Source: a virus. From it: 64,000 nt of DNA. The translations under genes and the position numbers were made by a program. Below the pieces are notes generated by a model. The model did not search any database, was not told the origin of the DNA, and saw nothing but the letters and a program-made list of their open reading frames with translations. Positions 1-10,100 of the stretch are shown here, in pieces. Numbering within the stretch: position 1 is the stretch's first letter; every line of letters starts with the position of its first letter. The DNA is taken from the IMG/VR virus record IMGVR_UViG_3300017824_001452, one strand, 5' to 3'.

Positions 1-3000
1 GGGGAATCAATGAGTTTAATTCAACAACAGGAGCATTTACAGCAAAAGCACCAATCGTTATCTCTGACTCTACTTTAGTGTCAATAGGTACACCTCTACA
101 ATCAGTAGGAAATATCGGTGACTATGCAGTAGTTGCTATACCTAATTATAGAAACCCTAACAATGACAATGCACCTACATATTGGTACAAGAATCGTCAG
201 AATACATGGGTTGGTTTAGATTCAGTAGACTGGTTCAAGGCATGGCCTTCAATCACTTGTCCTACTTCTAATCCTACATTAACACAAGGCGATACAATCG
301 ACTTGATCGTTAACGGTACAAACTTAGCACAACTTACTGTATCAGCGGCTCCTAACAACACTATTTCTCAGTTAGCGGCAGACATTAACTCATTAGGTTG
401 GGAATATGTTTCAGCGGCAGTAGTTGATAACAAACTTGAAGTTTATTCTTCACAGACAGGTGGAGATCAAGGTAGTTCAAACGTACCATTCTACATTAGA
501 TTTGCTAACGCAACAGGTACTATCTTTACAGACTTAGGATTTACAGGTACTAACGTAACTGGCTTCCAACCAAGAGCATTATATGGTACATCTGCTCAAC
601 AGCCATTATGGCAATCAGGACAGGCTCAGCCTGCTCCGACTGGCTCTGTATGGATTAAGGTTGACGGAACAGGATTACAACCAGTAATTTCTGAATATGA
701 TTCTACATCATCTTCATATACTGCTAAAACACCTACTTTTGCAGACTCTGATTGGGCACAAATCTATTCAGCAGACTCAACAGGTGGACAAGCAATTCCA
801 GCAGGAAGTGTTTATGCACAATATGGATTTAACGGTGAGTACACAGCGGCTCCAGTATACTACTTCTATAGAGTAGCAACAGGTGCAACAGTAATTAATG
901 GTACAAACACTGCACCAGACTTTACTTCAGGACCATATGTAGCAAGAGTTCAGATTTCAACTCCAGGTTCACAAACATTAAGTACCCCTTATACATTTAA
1001 CTTGGGTGATGCAACTGATGCATCTGACTTTGTAACTGCATGGTCAGCGGCGAACATTCCTTACACTTCAGCAAGTGTAAACGATGATGGTTCAATTCAA
1101 ATTCAACACACTTCAGGTGGTGTTATTATCTTAGATGATTATGACAACGTAACAGGTGTATCTTCTGGTTTATTCTCAGAAGCCGGCTTTACAACTGCAA
1201 CAGCAGGTTGTAAGACAGGACCATTCAGAGATGATATCTCATTTACTCCTACTCAGAGTTCTACATCAGGGTCAGGTACTGCATTATCAATCGCAGTAAC
1301 TAATGACTATGGTTATTATGACTTTGATCCGGATGCAGTAGTAAACGGCGGTACAGGTCATGCTGTAGGTGACGTAGTTACTTTCTCAGGTGCAGACTTG
1401 GGCGGTGCTTCACCAGCAAATGACTTACAAGTAAAAGTTACAAGTGTTACAGCAGGCGTTGTTACATCTTATACTTTAAGTACAGGTACAGGCGCAGATG
1501 CGTTCACAACTCAGTTGTCTAACTGGAGAGAGTTCTCATTAACAACTTCAGGTGCTGATTCATTAACAGCAAACGAAGGTGCTCCGACTGCAATACCTAG
1601 CAACTTTACTAACTGGTACTATTCAACAACTGATCAAGTAGATATTATGATCAACTATGACGGTAATTGGAAGGGTTATAGCCAACAAGGTTATGATGGT
1701 AATGGTTTACCTAGCCCATCAGTCGTAAATGCAACTGATCCTAATGGACCTATCGTAACTGCTAGTGAGCCTACTACTCAAAGTGACGGCACACCATTAG
1801 TATACGGTGATCTTTGGTTAGATACTTCTGACTTAGAAAACTATCCGTTACTTTACAGATGGCAGTCAGTACAAGCAACAGGTGGCGGTAGTGCTACTGA
1901 TAAGTGGGTCTTAATTGACAACTCAGATCAAACTACACCACAAGGTATCTTGTTTAAAGATGCACGTTGGGCAACTAACGGAACAACTAACCCAGCAAAT
2001 GATCCGATGCCGACCATCAAATCATTGCTAGGAAGTGATTACTTAGATGTTGATGCTCCGTTATCATCAAATTACCCACAAGGTATGTTGCTTTGGAACA
2101 CAAGACGTTCTTCATACAACGTGAAGCAATATCGTGTAAACTACTTTAACAACGACAGATTCCCGAATGACACTTTACCAACACAGAAAGATGCATGGGT
2201 ATCTGCTTCAGGTGATGCATCTAACGGTGCAATGAATGCAGGTCGTAAGGCACAAAGAGCAATGGTAACACAAGCATTACGTTCAGCAATTGACTCTAAC
2301 GTTGCAATTAGAGACGAAGATAACTACTTCAACTTACAAGCAACACCGGGTTATCCTGAACTACAACCTAACATGATCGCATTGAACTCTGATAGAGGTG
2401 AGACTTCTTACATTGTTGGTGATACACCAATGAGACTGAAAGATGATGCAACTGAAATTCAGGCTTGGGCAACTAACGCCGCAGGTGCAACAACTACAGG
2501 TGAAGATGGACTTGTAAGTAGAAATACTTATATGGGTCTATTCTACCCATCAGGTATCACTAGTGATCTATCAGGTAACTTAGTTGCTGTTCCTTCATCA
2601 CACATGATGGTCAGAACTATGTTGCGTAATGACAATATTGCTTATCCTTGGTTAGCACCAGCAGGTACTAGACGTGGTATAATCGATAATGCTACAAGCA
2701 TCGGATACATCGATGACGAAGGCGAGTTTAACTCAATCAGAACACGTATTGGAATTAGAGATGTGTTATACACTAACTTTATTAACCCAATGGTATTCTT
2801 TACAGGTAATGGATTATTGAACTATGGTAACAAAACTTCATTTGATTCATCATCTGCATTAGACAGAGTAAACGTAGCAAGATTAGTTGCTTACATACGT
2901 AGACAATTAATATTAGCCGCGAGACCATTTGTCTTTGAACCTAATGACCCTCAAACAAGAAAATCTATTAAAGCAGTAGTAGAATCATTGTTCCAGGATC

Positions 3001-3179
3001 TAGTTTCAAAACGAGGATTATATGACTACTCAGTAGTTTGTGATGATTCTAACAACACTCCAGCAAGAATTGATCGAAATGAACTTTGGATTGACATAGC
3101 AGTAGAGCCCGTGAAAGCCGCTGAGTTTATCTACGTTCCGGTCAGAATATTCAACACTGGTGAGTTATCAGGATCTTAA
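1..3179 (+). CDS. Contractile tail sheath protein (T4 gp18-like), 5'-truncated by the window edge
   Basis: The frame is open from nt 3, so the true start is upstream. The C-terminus has sheath motifs (PWLAPAGTRRG, RVNVARL, FVFEPND, VCDDSNNTPARIDRNELWIDIAVEPVKAAEFIYVP) and a tube gene follows. Confidence 0.95.
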   Translation, partial: GINEFNSTTGAFTAKAPIVISDSTLVSIGTPLQSVGNIGDYAVVAIPNYRNPNNDNAPTYWYKNRQNTWVGLDSVDWFKAWPSITCPTSNPTLTQGDTIDLIVNGTNLAQLTVSAAPNNTISQLAADINSLGWEYVSAAVVDNKLEVYSSQTGGDQGSSNVPFYIRFANATGTIFTDLGFTGTNVTGFQPRALYGTSAQQPLWQSGQAQPAPTGSVWIKVDGTGLQPVISEYDSTSSSYTAKTPTFADSDWAQIYSADSTGGQAIPAGSVYAQYGFNGEYTAAPVYYFYRVATGATVINGTNTAPDFTSGPYVARVQISTPGSQTLSTPYTFNLGDATDASDFVTAWSAANIPYTSASVNDDGSIQIQHTSGGVIILDDYDNVTGVSSGLFSEAGFTTATAGCKTGPFRDDISFTPTQSSTSGSGTALSIAVTNDYGYYDFDPDAVVNGGTGHAVGDVVTFSGADLGGASPANDLQVKVTSVTAGVVTSYTLSTGTGADAFTTQLSNWREFSLTTSGADSLTANEGAPTAIPSNFTNWYYSTTDQVDIMINYDGNWKGYSQQGYDGNGLPSPSVVNATDPNGPIVTASEPTTQSDGTPLVYGDLWLDTSDLENYPLLYRWQSVQATGGGSATDKWVLIDNSDQTTPQGILFKDARWATNGTTNPANDPMPTIKSLLGSDYLDVDAPLSSNYPQGMLLWNTRRSSYNVKQYRVNYFNNDRFPNDTLPTQKDAWVSASGDASNGAMNAGRKAQRAMVTQALRSAIDSNVAIRDEDNYFNLQATPGYPELQPNMIALNSDRGETSYIVGDTPMRLKDDATEIQAWATNAAGATTTGEDGLVSRNTYMGLFYPSGITSDLSGNLVAVPSSHMMVRTMLRNDNIAYPWLAPAGTRRGIIDNATSIGYIDDEGEFNSIRTRIGIRDVLYTNFINPMVFFTGNGLLNYGNKTSFDSSSALDRVNVARLVAYIRRQLILAARPFVFEPNDPQTRKSIKAVVESLFQDLVSKRGLYDYSVVCDDSNNTPARIDRNELWIDIAVEPVKAAEFIYVPVRIFNTGELSGS

Positions 3180-3192
3180 TAAAAAAGATATA

Positions 3193-3214
3193 CAGAGAGG
3201 CTTCGGCCTCTCTG
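3193..3214 (+). terminator. C(UUCG)G tetraloop hairpin after the sheath gene (terminator or mRNA stabiliser)
   Basis: cagagaggc-ttcg-gcctctctg is a perfect 9-bp stem with a UUCG loop, typical of T4-like intercistronic hairpins. The U-tail is weak. Confidence 0.75.
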
Positions 3215-3223
3215 AATTAAAAA

Positions 3224-3231
3224 GATAAATA
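3224..3231 (+). promoter_or_regulatory. T4-like late promoter (GATAAATA)
   Basis: TAAATA core upstream of the tail tube RBS (aggag). The same motif recurs before many structural genes. Confidence 0.75.
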
Positions 3232-3264
3232 TATATTAAGATATATTAAAACAGGAGATTAACA

Positions 3265-3912
3265 ATGGCAACAGCCTCAGATACATTAGCAAAACTTTCG
3301 GTACAACCTGAGGGAGGCGCTAACCAAAACTTGTTGATGCCAAAACTTCAATATAGATTCCGTGTGAACTTTATTAATTTTGGTTTTGACGATGATTCTT
3401 CACTTATTCTTACTAGACAAGTAGTAGACTGTGCGAGACCACAAGTTCAGTTTGACGAAATCACTATGAACGTGTATAACTCACGTGTCTATCTTGCTGG
3501 TAAACACACATGGCAAACACTTGCTATCAACGTCAGAGACGATGCTTCTGGTAATGTATCAAAAGCAGTTGGTGCTCAGTTACAACGTCAATTAGATTTC
3601 TATGAGCAGTCTTCAGCGGCAGCAGGTGGAGATTATAAATTTGAAACTGAAATTCAAATCTTAGACGGTGGTAACGGTATCAATACACCAACAGTATTAG
3701 AAAACTGGTCATTAGCAGGTTGTTTCTTACAACAAGCAAACTATCAGACTCTAAACTATGGTACATCTGATGCAGTGACTATTGCTATGACTCTACGTTA
3801 CGATAACGCAGTCCAGACAAATGCTGGCGGCGATCTAAACGGCGTACCGGGTGCTGGTGTTGGACAGTCTGGTCTACAGACATTCCCAAGTCAGATTGGT
3901 ACTGCTACGTAA
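3265..3912 (+). CDS. Tail tube protein (T4 gp19-like)
   Basis: Directly after the sheath. Contains YRFRVNF, RPQVQFDEI, LAGKHTWQT, WSLAGCF and LRYDNA, which fit the tube-protein pattern. Confidence 0.9.
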   Translation: MATASDTLAKLSVQPEGGANQNLLMPKLQYRFRVNFINFGFDDDSSLILTRQVVDCARPQVQFDEITMNVYNSRVYLAGKHTWQTLAINVRDDASGNVSKAVGAQLQRQLDFYEQSSAAAGGDYKFETEIQILDGGNGINTPTVLENWSLAGCFLQQANYQTLNYGTSDAVTIAMTLRYDNAVQTNAGGDLNGVPGAGVGQSGLQTFPSQIGTAT

Positions 3913-3934
3913 GTATTAGAATTATTTTAAATAG

Positions 3935-3960
3935 AAAAACCGGTTTCGACCGGTTTTTTT
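3935..3960 (+). terminator. Rho-independent terminator
   Basis: aaaaaccggt-ttcg-accggttttttt: UUCG loop followed by a U-tract. Confidence 0.9.
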
Positions 3961-3976
3961 ATGGGTTTATTGTTTA

Positions 3977-3984
3977 GATAAATA
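3977..3984 (+). promoter_or_regulatory. Late promoter GATAAATA
   Basis: Motif upstream of an aggag RBS and the ATG at 4005. Confidence 0.7.
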
Positions 3985-4004
3985 CTCTTATAGGAGAATA
4001 ATAT

Positions 4005-5186
4005 ATGTCGCAATGGCCTTTTACAACGTTACCGGACGATATACTTAACGCATTTGCAGGTAGAGTATATGTACGTGACTGGACACATGCCGCTAAAAAC
4101 TTTTTGCCCGGAGGCATGGCCAATGCAGGTAAGGTTAAATTTACTTTCCATACTTGGTTTGAAATTAATCCTACAGCATATCAACCCCCAACAGGACAAA
4201 ACTACGGATTACTTGTTAAATCAATTAAACTCCCCACATTTAATATGGATGTAACAGAAATGAATCAATACAATAGAAAACGTTTGATTCAATCAAAAAT
4301 TAAATATCAACCGATAGAAGTAACATTCCATGATGATAATGCATCGCAAGTTACTGCAATGTGGGACGCATATTATAGATATAACTATGCAGATGCATGG
4401 AATCCTATTGTTACACCTTTCAGTACAGCGCCTGCTATAAAAGATTATAATAGACGTAACATATATGATCCATCAATATCAGGTGATACTGAATATGGTT
4501 ATAGAGGAGATGCCCGAGGCGAAGGTGGAAATAGAGCAGACGGCGGAGAAAAAGTTCCTTTCTTTAATAACATTACTGTATATGGTATGTGGGCAGGAAA
4601 CTTTATAGCCTATACTTTAATTAATCCTATAATTACACAATTTGACCACGACACTTATGATTATTCAGACGGTGGCGGAACAATGCAAAATAGAATGACT
4701 ATCGACTATGAAACAGTAATATATAATTCAGGTAAGATAGGAGAAGATATAGAAGACGGTACAGGACTACCCCGACGTGAACTTAATGGAGATTTAGTAG
4801 CAGGATTCGGTGGACCGGATAGTTATGATTCAACTGAAAGTCCACTGGAACAGGGCGGTAATAATTTAATAGGTGATTTTCCACCTGCATTCTTAGGAGA
4901 CGATGCTTCAGCAGAAGATTATATACGATTCTTAAAAGAAACATATATAACTCAAGGATCAGGTTTAATTGAAACTGCAAAAGATCAAATACAAAACGGA
5001 ATTAGAGATGCAGTTTTTAATGCTTTAGGTATAGGTGGAGATACCGATACTCCAACAAACGGAGCAACACCGAGTATTGTAAACATTGCTAACCAAGGCA
5101 CAGTTACAGGTGCTAATAATAATAATACACAAGAAAGTCCACCGGCGGCAGGCTCACAAAATAGCGGCGGCACGGGAGGGGCATAA
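4005..5186 (+). CDS. Tail-tube-like baseplate/tube initiator protein (gp48/gp54-like)
   Basis: Tube-fold-like motifs (VKSIKLPTF, QYNRKR, KYQPIEVTFHDD, MTIDYE) and position after the tube gene. Confidence 0.6.
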   Translation: MSQWPFTTLPDDILNAFAGRVYVRDWTHAAKNFLPGGMANAGKVKFTFHTWFEINPTAYQPPTGQNYGLLVKSIKLPTFNMDVTEMNQYNRKRLIQSKIKYQPIEVTFHDDNASQVTAMWDAYYRYNYADAWNPIVTPFSTAPAIKDYNRRNIYDPSISGDTEYGYRGDARGEGGNRADGGEKVPFFNNITVYGMWAGNFIAYTLINPIITQFDHDTYDYSDGGGTMQNRMTIDYETVIYNSGKIGEDIEDGTGLPRRELNGDLVAGFGGPDSYDSTESPLEQGGNNLIGDFPPAFLGDDASAEDYIRFLKETYITQGSGLIETAKDQIQNGIRDAVFNALGIGGDTDTPTNGATPSIVNIANQGTVTGANNNNTQESPPAAGSQNSGGTGGA

Positions 5187-5563
5187 TGCCAATAGAAATA
5201 ACATATAGAGAAAACACATTAGAAATTTTTGACACATATTACAGTGTGCCATTAAAAGTTAATGCCGCTGATTGGGATTCAGTATATTCATATTTCTTAG
5301 GTGTTTTAAAAGGTAATCCCGAATCTGAAAGAACTAAACAAACAGCATCACAATTTGCAACTACATTATTTAGAATAGCACAAGAAACAGGCACAAACAT
5401 TCAAATCTTTATGGATTACTTTAAGGCTAATGTACAAACAAAAGTTCAAGTAAACACAGAAATGGCTTTTTATCTCAATTTATTAAAGTCAAAAACAGCA
5501 TTGTATGGAGTATCAAAAGTGCCTACTCCTAATCAAGCAGTACAACGCAACGTATTGCCGTAG
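5186..5563 (+). CDS. Hypothetical virion-module protein
   Basis: 125-aa ORF translationally coupled (TAATG) to the upstream gene. Confidence 0.6.
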   Translation: MPIEITYRENTLEIFDTYYSVPLKVNAADWDSVYSYFLGVLKGNPESERTKQTASQFATTLFRIAQETGTNIQIFMDYFKANVQTKVQVNTEMAFYLNLLKSKTALYGVSKVPTPNQAVQRNVLP

Positions 5564-5572
5564 GGGTAACAA

Positions 5573-6019
5573 GTGCCTCGCAGAAAAAAATACGCACAAG
5601 GTATCTATACTGTAAAAAATCCACACAAATATGTAGGGAAAGGTAAACCTAAATACAGATCAGGTTGGGAACTTACATTTATGATTTTTTGTGATACTAA
5701 TGACAAAGTAATCAAGTGGGCGAGTGAGTCAATTGTTATTCCTTATTTACATCCTTTTAAAGGTAGAAGAACTAATTATGTTCCAGACTTTTTTATTGTT
5801 TACCAAGACAAATATGGAAGAACAAACGCAGAGTTAATAGAAATAAAACCCAAAGCAGAAAGTATTATAACAGAAAAAGTTAAAAATGCAAAGCAACGAG
5901 CAACAATTGCTATCAATCATGCCAAATGGAAATCAGCACAAGCATTCTGCAAAGCACAGGGTATTAAATTTAGAGTAGTTACAGAAGATGACCTTTTCTA
6001 CAATGGGCGTGGAAAGTAA
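5573..6019 (+). CDS. Head completion nuclease (T4 gp4-like, TnsA-type endonuclease fold)
   Basis: Motifs YRSGWE, KWASE, YVPDF, EIEIKP-like LIEIKP, NHAKW and FRVVTE. Confidence 0.88.
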   Translation: MPRRKKYAQGIYTVKNPHKYVGKGKPKYRSGWELTFMIFCDTNDKVIKWASESIVIPYLHPFKGRRTNYVPDFFIVYQDKYGRTNAELIEIKPKAESIITEKVKNAKQRATIAINHAKWKSAQAFCKAQGIKFRVVTEDDLFYNGRGK

Positions 6020-6031
6020 CTAAATAGATAT

Positions 6032-6517
6032 ATGACAAAGAAACTTGAAGAATTATTTGATATTGCATCCAGTGAAGAAAATGAACTGAATGAACCTATT
6101 CCAGGGGTAGCAGAAGAAGTTACTAAAGAAGCATTGACTAATTTAGAAAAGATTGAAACTGCTTTACCTACAGTAAGAGGACTAGAAGCATCAGACAGAG
6201 AAATGGATGAACTGAGTAAGAAAGCAGAAACTAGTTTCCAAGACTTAATGGACTTAGGAATGCAAGTTGATTCACGTTTTAGCGGAGACATTTTTAGTGT
6301 TGCTAGTAATATGTTAAATCATGCTATAACCGCTAAAACTGCTAAGTTAAACAAGAAGTTAAAGATGATTGATCTACAATTAAAGAAAGCAACATTAGAT
6401 CAACGTCAAGCAAAAATGGAAGAAAAAATAGATAATATACCTTTAGGGGACGGTGCTCAAAATTTAGACCGCAATGAATTACTACGAGTATTAACGTCAA
6501 AAAACACAGAGGAATGA
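6032..6517 (+). CDS. Probable terminase small subunit (gp16-like)
   Basis: Helical 161-aa protein with IFSVASNML and a C-terminal DRNELL, reminiscent of gp16. TAAATA lies at 6021-6026, just upstream. Assignment is an inference. Confidence 0.45.
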   Translation: MTKKLEELFDIASSEENELNEPIPGVAEEVTKEALTNLEKIETALPTVRGLEASDREMDELSKKAETSFQDLMDLGMQVDSRFSGDIFSVASNMLNHAITAKTAKLNKKLKMIDLQLKKATLDQRQAKMEEKIDNIPLGDGAQNLDRNELLRVLTSKNTEE

Positions 6518-6545
6518 TAAATATATTATACGGGAACTATACAAT

Positions 6546-7172
6546 ATGAAAAGTTTAAAACATTACATTGCAGAGTCAGTCCACACTTATGATTGCACAA
6601 TCAAACTTGCTGGTGACTGTAGTAAAAATTTCTTAGAGTTATTTAAACATAACTTAAATAAGTTTGAGCCTAAATCAATTAAAGGGCCAACTTCAACTCC
6701 TATTATGAAATCACCATATGGTTTTCCTAATTTATCAAACGAACCAGTACACATCTTTAAGTGTGAGTTTGCATATCCCGTAACAGAACCAATGGTACAA
6801 CAATTAGCACAATTGTTAGGTCACAATATTAATTACGTAAGAATGGTCAATACAGCATTTGATGATAGCATCGATAAAGAACTTGTCGGCTACGAAAATG
6901 AAATGAAAGACACACCTCTCTTACAAAATGAAGAAATGAATGACAATGGAAAAGAAGCCAGTGAAGAATATGGTGATAAGTACTTAGACAGCATTCATAA
7001 ACATGCAGAACATAAAAACGTAGGTAAAGTAGGTTTGCCTGCTGATCAAAAGAACACTAAAGATGCTTTTGATCCTTGGAAGCCATGGTCAGATGATTCA
7101 ATTAAAGGTCAAAAGAGTCCGATGACTGACGTTAAAAGAGGACCCAAGCCTGAAACATCAGCAGGGTACTAA
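6546..7172 (+). CDS. Putative internal head protein with capsid-targeting-like N-terminus
   Basis: MKSLKHYIAE resembles the T4 internal-protein CTS (MKTYQEFIAE). Late promoter GATAAATA at 6516-6523. Confidence 0.55.
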   Translation: MKSLKHYIAESVHTYDCTIKLAGDCSKNFLELFKHNLNKFEPKSIKGPTSTPIMKSPYGFPNLSNEPVHIFKCEFAYPVTEPMVQQLAQLLGHNINYVRMVNTAFDDSIDKELVGYENEMKDTPLLQNEEMNDNGKEASEEYGDKYLDSIHKHAEHKNVGKVGLPADQKNTKDAFDPWKPWSDDSIKGQKSPMTDVKRGPKPETSAGY

Positions 7173-7182
7173 GGAAGACATT

Positions 7183-10100
7183 ATGGATTTTAAAGACATC
7201 TTAAACAAATTCGACAAAGCATCAAAAGAAGAATCTATTGTCGAAACTACTCCTAAAAGACCAGCAAACATGTTGACTGAATCAACAGAGTCTGGTGAAG
7301 TTGTAGAAGTTGTTGAAGGAGTTCAAGTACCTTCATTAAAAAATATGTTTGAAGAACTTTCACTAGAACCAGCAAAGCCTGGTGCACAAACAATTCATAA
7401 AGACGGTGAAGTAATCGGAACTGTTTCTAATCCAGCAGTTGCTAATCAAATGTCACAAGCAATCGACAAAGGCGAATTACAAATCGGTCAAGAAATGCAA
7501 GAAGCAGAACAACTTGACGAACTTGCTCCTTTAGCGGCATTAGGGCCAGCACTTATGACTGGTGCTAGAGTGGCAGGTCCTTGGTTAGCAAAACGTGGCG
7601 CTCAAATGATTAGTGGAGTCGCCAGAGGCGCAGGTAACTATGCTAAAAAGAACCCAATCAAAACTGCTGTAGGTACAGGGGTAGCCGGCACAGAGCAAGG
7701 TAGAGAACTTGCAGGCAACGTCAAAGACGGCGCTGTCGGAATGTATAACTTAACCAACACAACATTTGAAAAAATGAATGATATGATCGATTCAGGTAAA
7801 CACACGTTTGACCAAGCCTCTCAAAAAATTGCAGACTTAGGTGACGGCGCAGGTGGTATGATTAGAGGCGCAATCGGTGATGCCGCATTTGATACAGTTA
7901 AAAGAACAGCATCAACATATGGTCTTCCTTTACTAGCCGCAGTAGCATTACTATACGGCGGAAAGAAAGTTTTAGATAAAGTAATGGACAAAGACGAAGA
8001 TACTGTTAGAGAAGCAAAAGATTGGATCTCGGGTGCTATCAAAGACCCAGGTGCATTCTCAGCAAAAGCAAAAAGACATGGAATGACAACTAAAGCATTT
8101 GCTAATCACGTATTAGCAAACAAAGATGATTTCCCTGCAAAAACAGAAAAACAAGCAAATCTTGCTAAAACATTAGGCAAGATGAAAGAGGGCGAAATGC
8201 CCCCACAAGGTCCAGGACAAGCATCTCCTTTAACATTTGAAGGTGCTCAAAATCCACCGGATGACGGTTCACATAATTCATCTAACGATGAAAAAGGCAA
8301 CGCCGCGGCAAACGCCGCATTGGCAGCCAACGATGCTGATACACCGCAACTTGTAAAAGAAAAAGCAAAAGGTAAAGTAAGCAAGTCGAGTAAATTACCT
8401 AGTATTTCAAAAGTGAAATCTATGTGTAACGAAGGGCTGTCTACTAAAGAAATACAACAACTGCACCCTAAGTGCAACCAACAAGAACTTAATATTATGA
8501 TTAAAAATACTAAAACAAACTTAAAAGAAGGCGCAGATCACATTCTGAAGGCCGCAAAGCACATGGGTCATGCTCATGGTTTATGTAAAGGATCTTATGC
8601 ATGTCCACATGATGCAGGTTCTGAAGGTGCAAGAGCATACCACGAAGGCTACAAAAAAGGTCTTGACGAAGCATGTGGCATGGGAATCAAAAACGAACCA
8701 ATCGCAGGTATGGAAGAAGGCGTACTCGGTGGAGTAGGCGGTGCTATTGCAGGATCTAAATTAGGTGGCATGGCAGGCACAGCAATCGGTGGTTCAATCG
8801 GTGGCGTTCCTGGAGCAACTATAGGTAAGGCAGCAGGCGCGGCACTAGGTGGAATCGCAGGTGATAAATTAACAGGCGACGGCATCTTTGAAGAACCAGC
8901 AGATGAAGTTGTAGATACTATGGCATCTTACGGTGCAATGGGCGAAGCAGAATCTTCACCAGACGGAGACGTTGGTGCTGATGATGACGGTGCATATGAC
9001 AAATATGACTGGGACGCACAAACTGTAGCACGTAAAGGCATTGACGAAGATGAAATGGAAGAAGGTAATGCATTTACAGGCGCAATGGCAGGAAAAGAAA
9101 AAGGTGAAAAGTTCACAGTAGGCGACAAAACATTTACAAAAACATCAGAAGCCGCTACATTAGAAGAAGATGAGTGGACTTTTGAGTCTTTAGAAAAAGA
9201 ATTAAACTCACACTTAGTCGAAAGCACAGAAGAATCAAAAGAACAACTTGACGAAGGCTATACAATGTCTATTACTCAAGGCGAAGAAAATCAGCCAGAC
9301 AGAGTAAGTGTTAATGCCACAGATGCAGAAGCAGACAAGTTAATCAAGTTTGTTAAAGACGTAGGCTTAGGTAACTATGGTGATGCAGAAGTATTAGATG
9401 CACCAGGTGAAGTTGCAGACGTATCATTTTATGGTAGCCCTGAAGTAGAAGTAGAGCCTCAAAGTTCACACGATGACATGCTCAAGTTAATGGGTATTGT
9501 AGACGTAGACGGTGACTATGAAGATGAAGTAGAAGCACCCGGCGTAACAGACGTTGACGTACAAGTAGATGAAAAGTCATGTGACGAATGTGGTGGCGGA
9601 CATAGCATGGAAGAAGGCTGTGGAGACAAAGCATACGAAGATCAAGGTTATGATGACAAAGAAGATGAGTCATTAGGTATGAGAACTGGTAAAGAATCAG
9701 GTAAAAAACAGTCTATGAAAGACCGTAGAGATGATTCTTATGGTAAGTTCGGTAAACGTGACTCTGAACATAGAGATGTTTCATTAGAAGAACAAGAAAA
9801 AGATGCAGGATTATACGACAAGTATGATTGGGACGCATCTACAGTTGCTAAAAAAGGCATTGACGAAGAATCTGATGCTGAAAGAGACGATCATGCAGAA
9901 CGTGCAGGTAAAGAAGTTGCACGACACGCAAAGTACGACGGTCGTAAGCACCCAGGAAGAGATGGTGAAGACATCGTTAAAGATTTAGAATACGATGACT
10001 GGAAAGATAAGCATCATATGGAAGAAGATCAAGGCTATGATGACAAAGAAGATGAGTCATTAGGTATGAGAACTGGTAAAGAGTCTGATAAGAAGCAAAG

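Noticed and set aside
5573-6019. TnsA-like nuclease as evidence of a Tn7 transposon
   Set aside because: Context and motifs match phage gp4-type head completion proteins; no TnsB/TnsC or terminal repeats.
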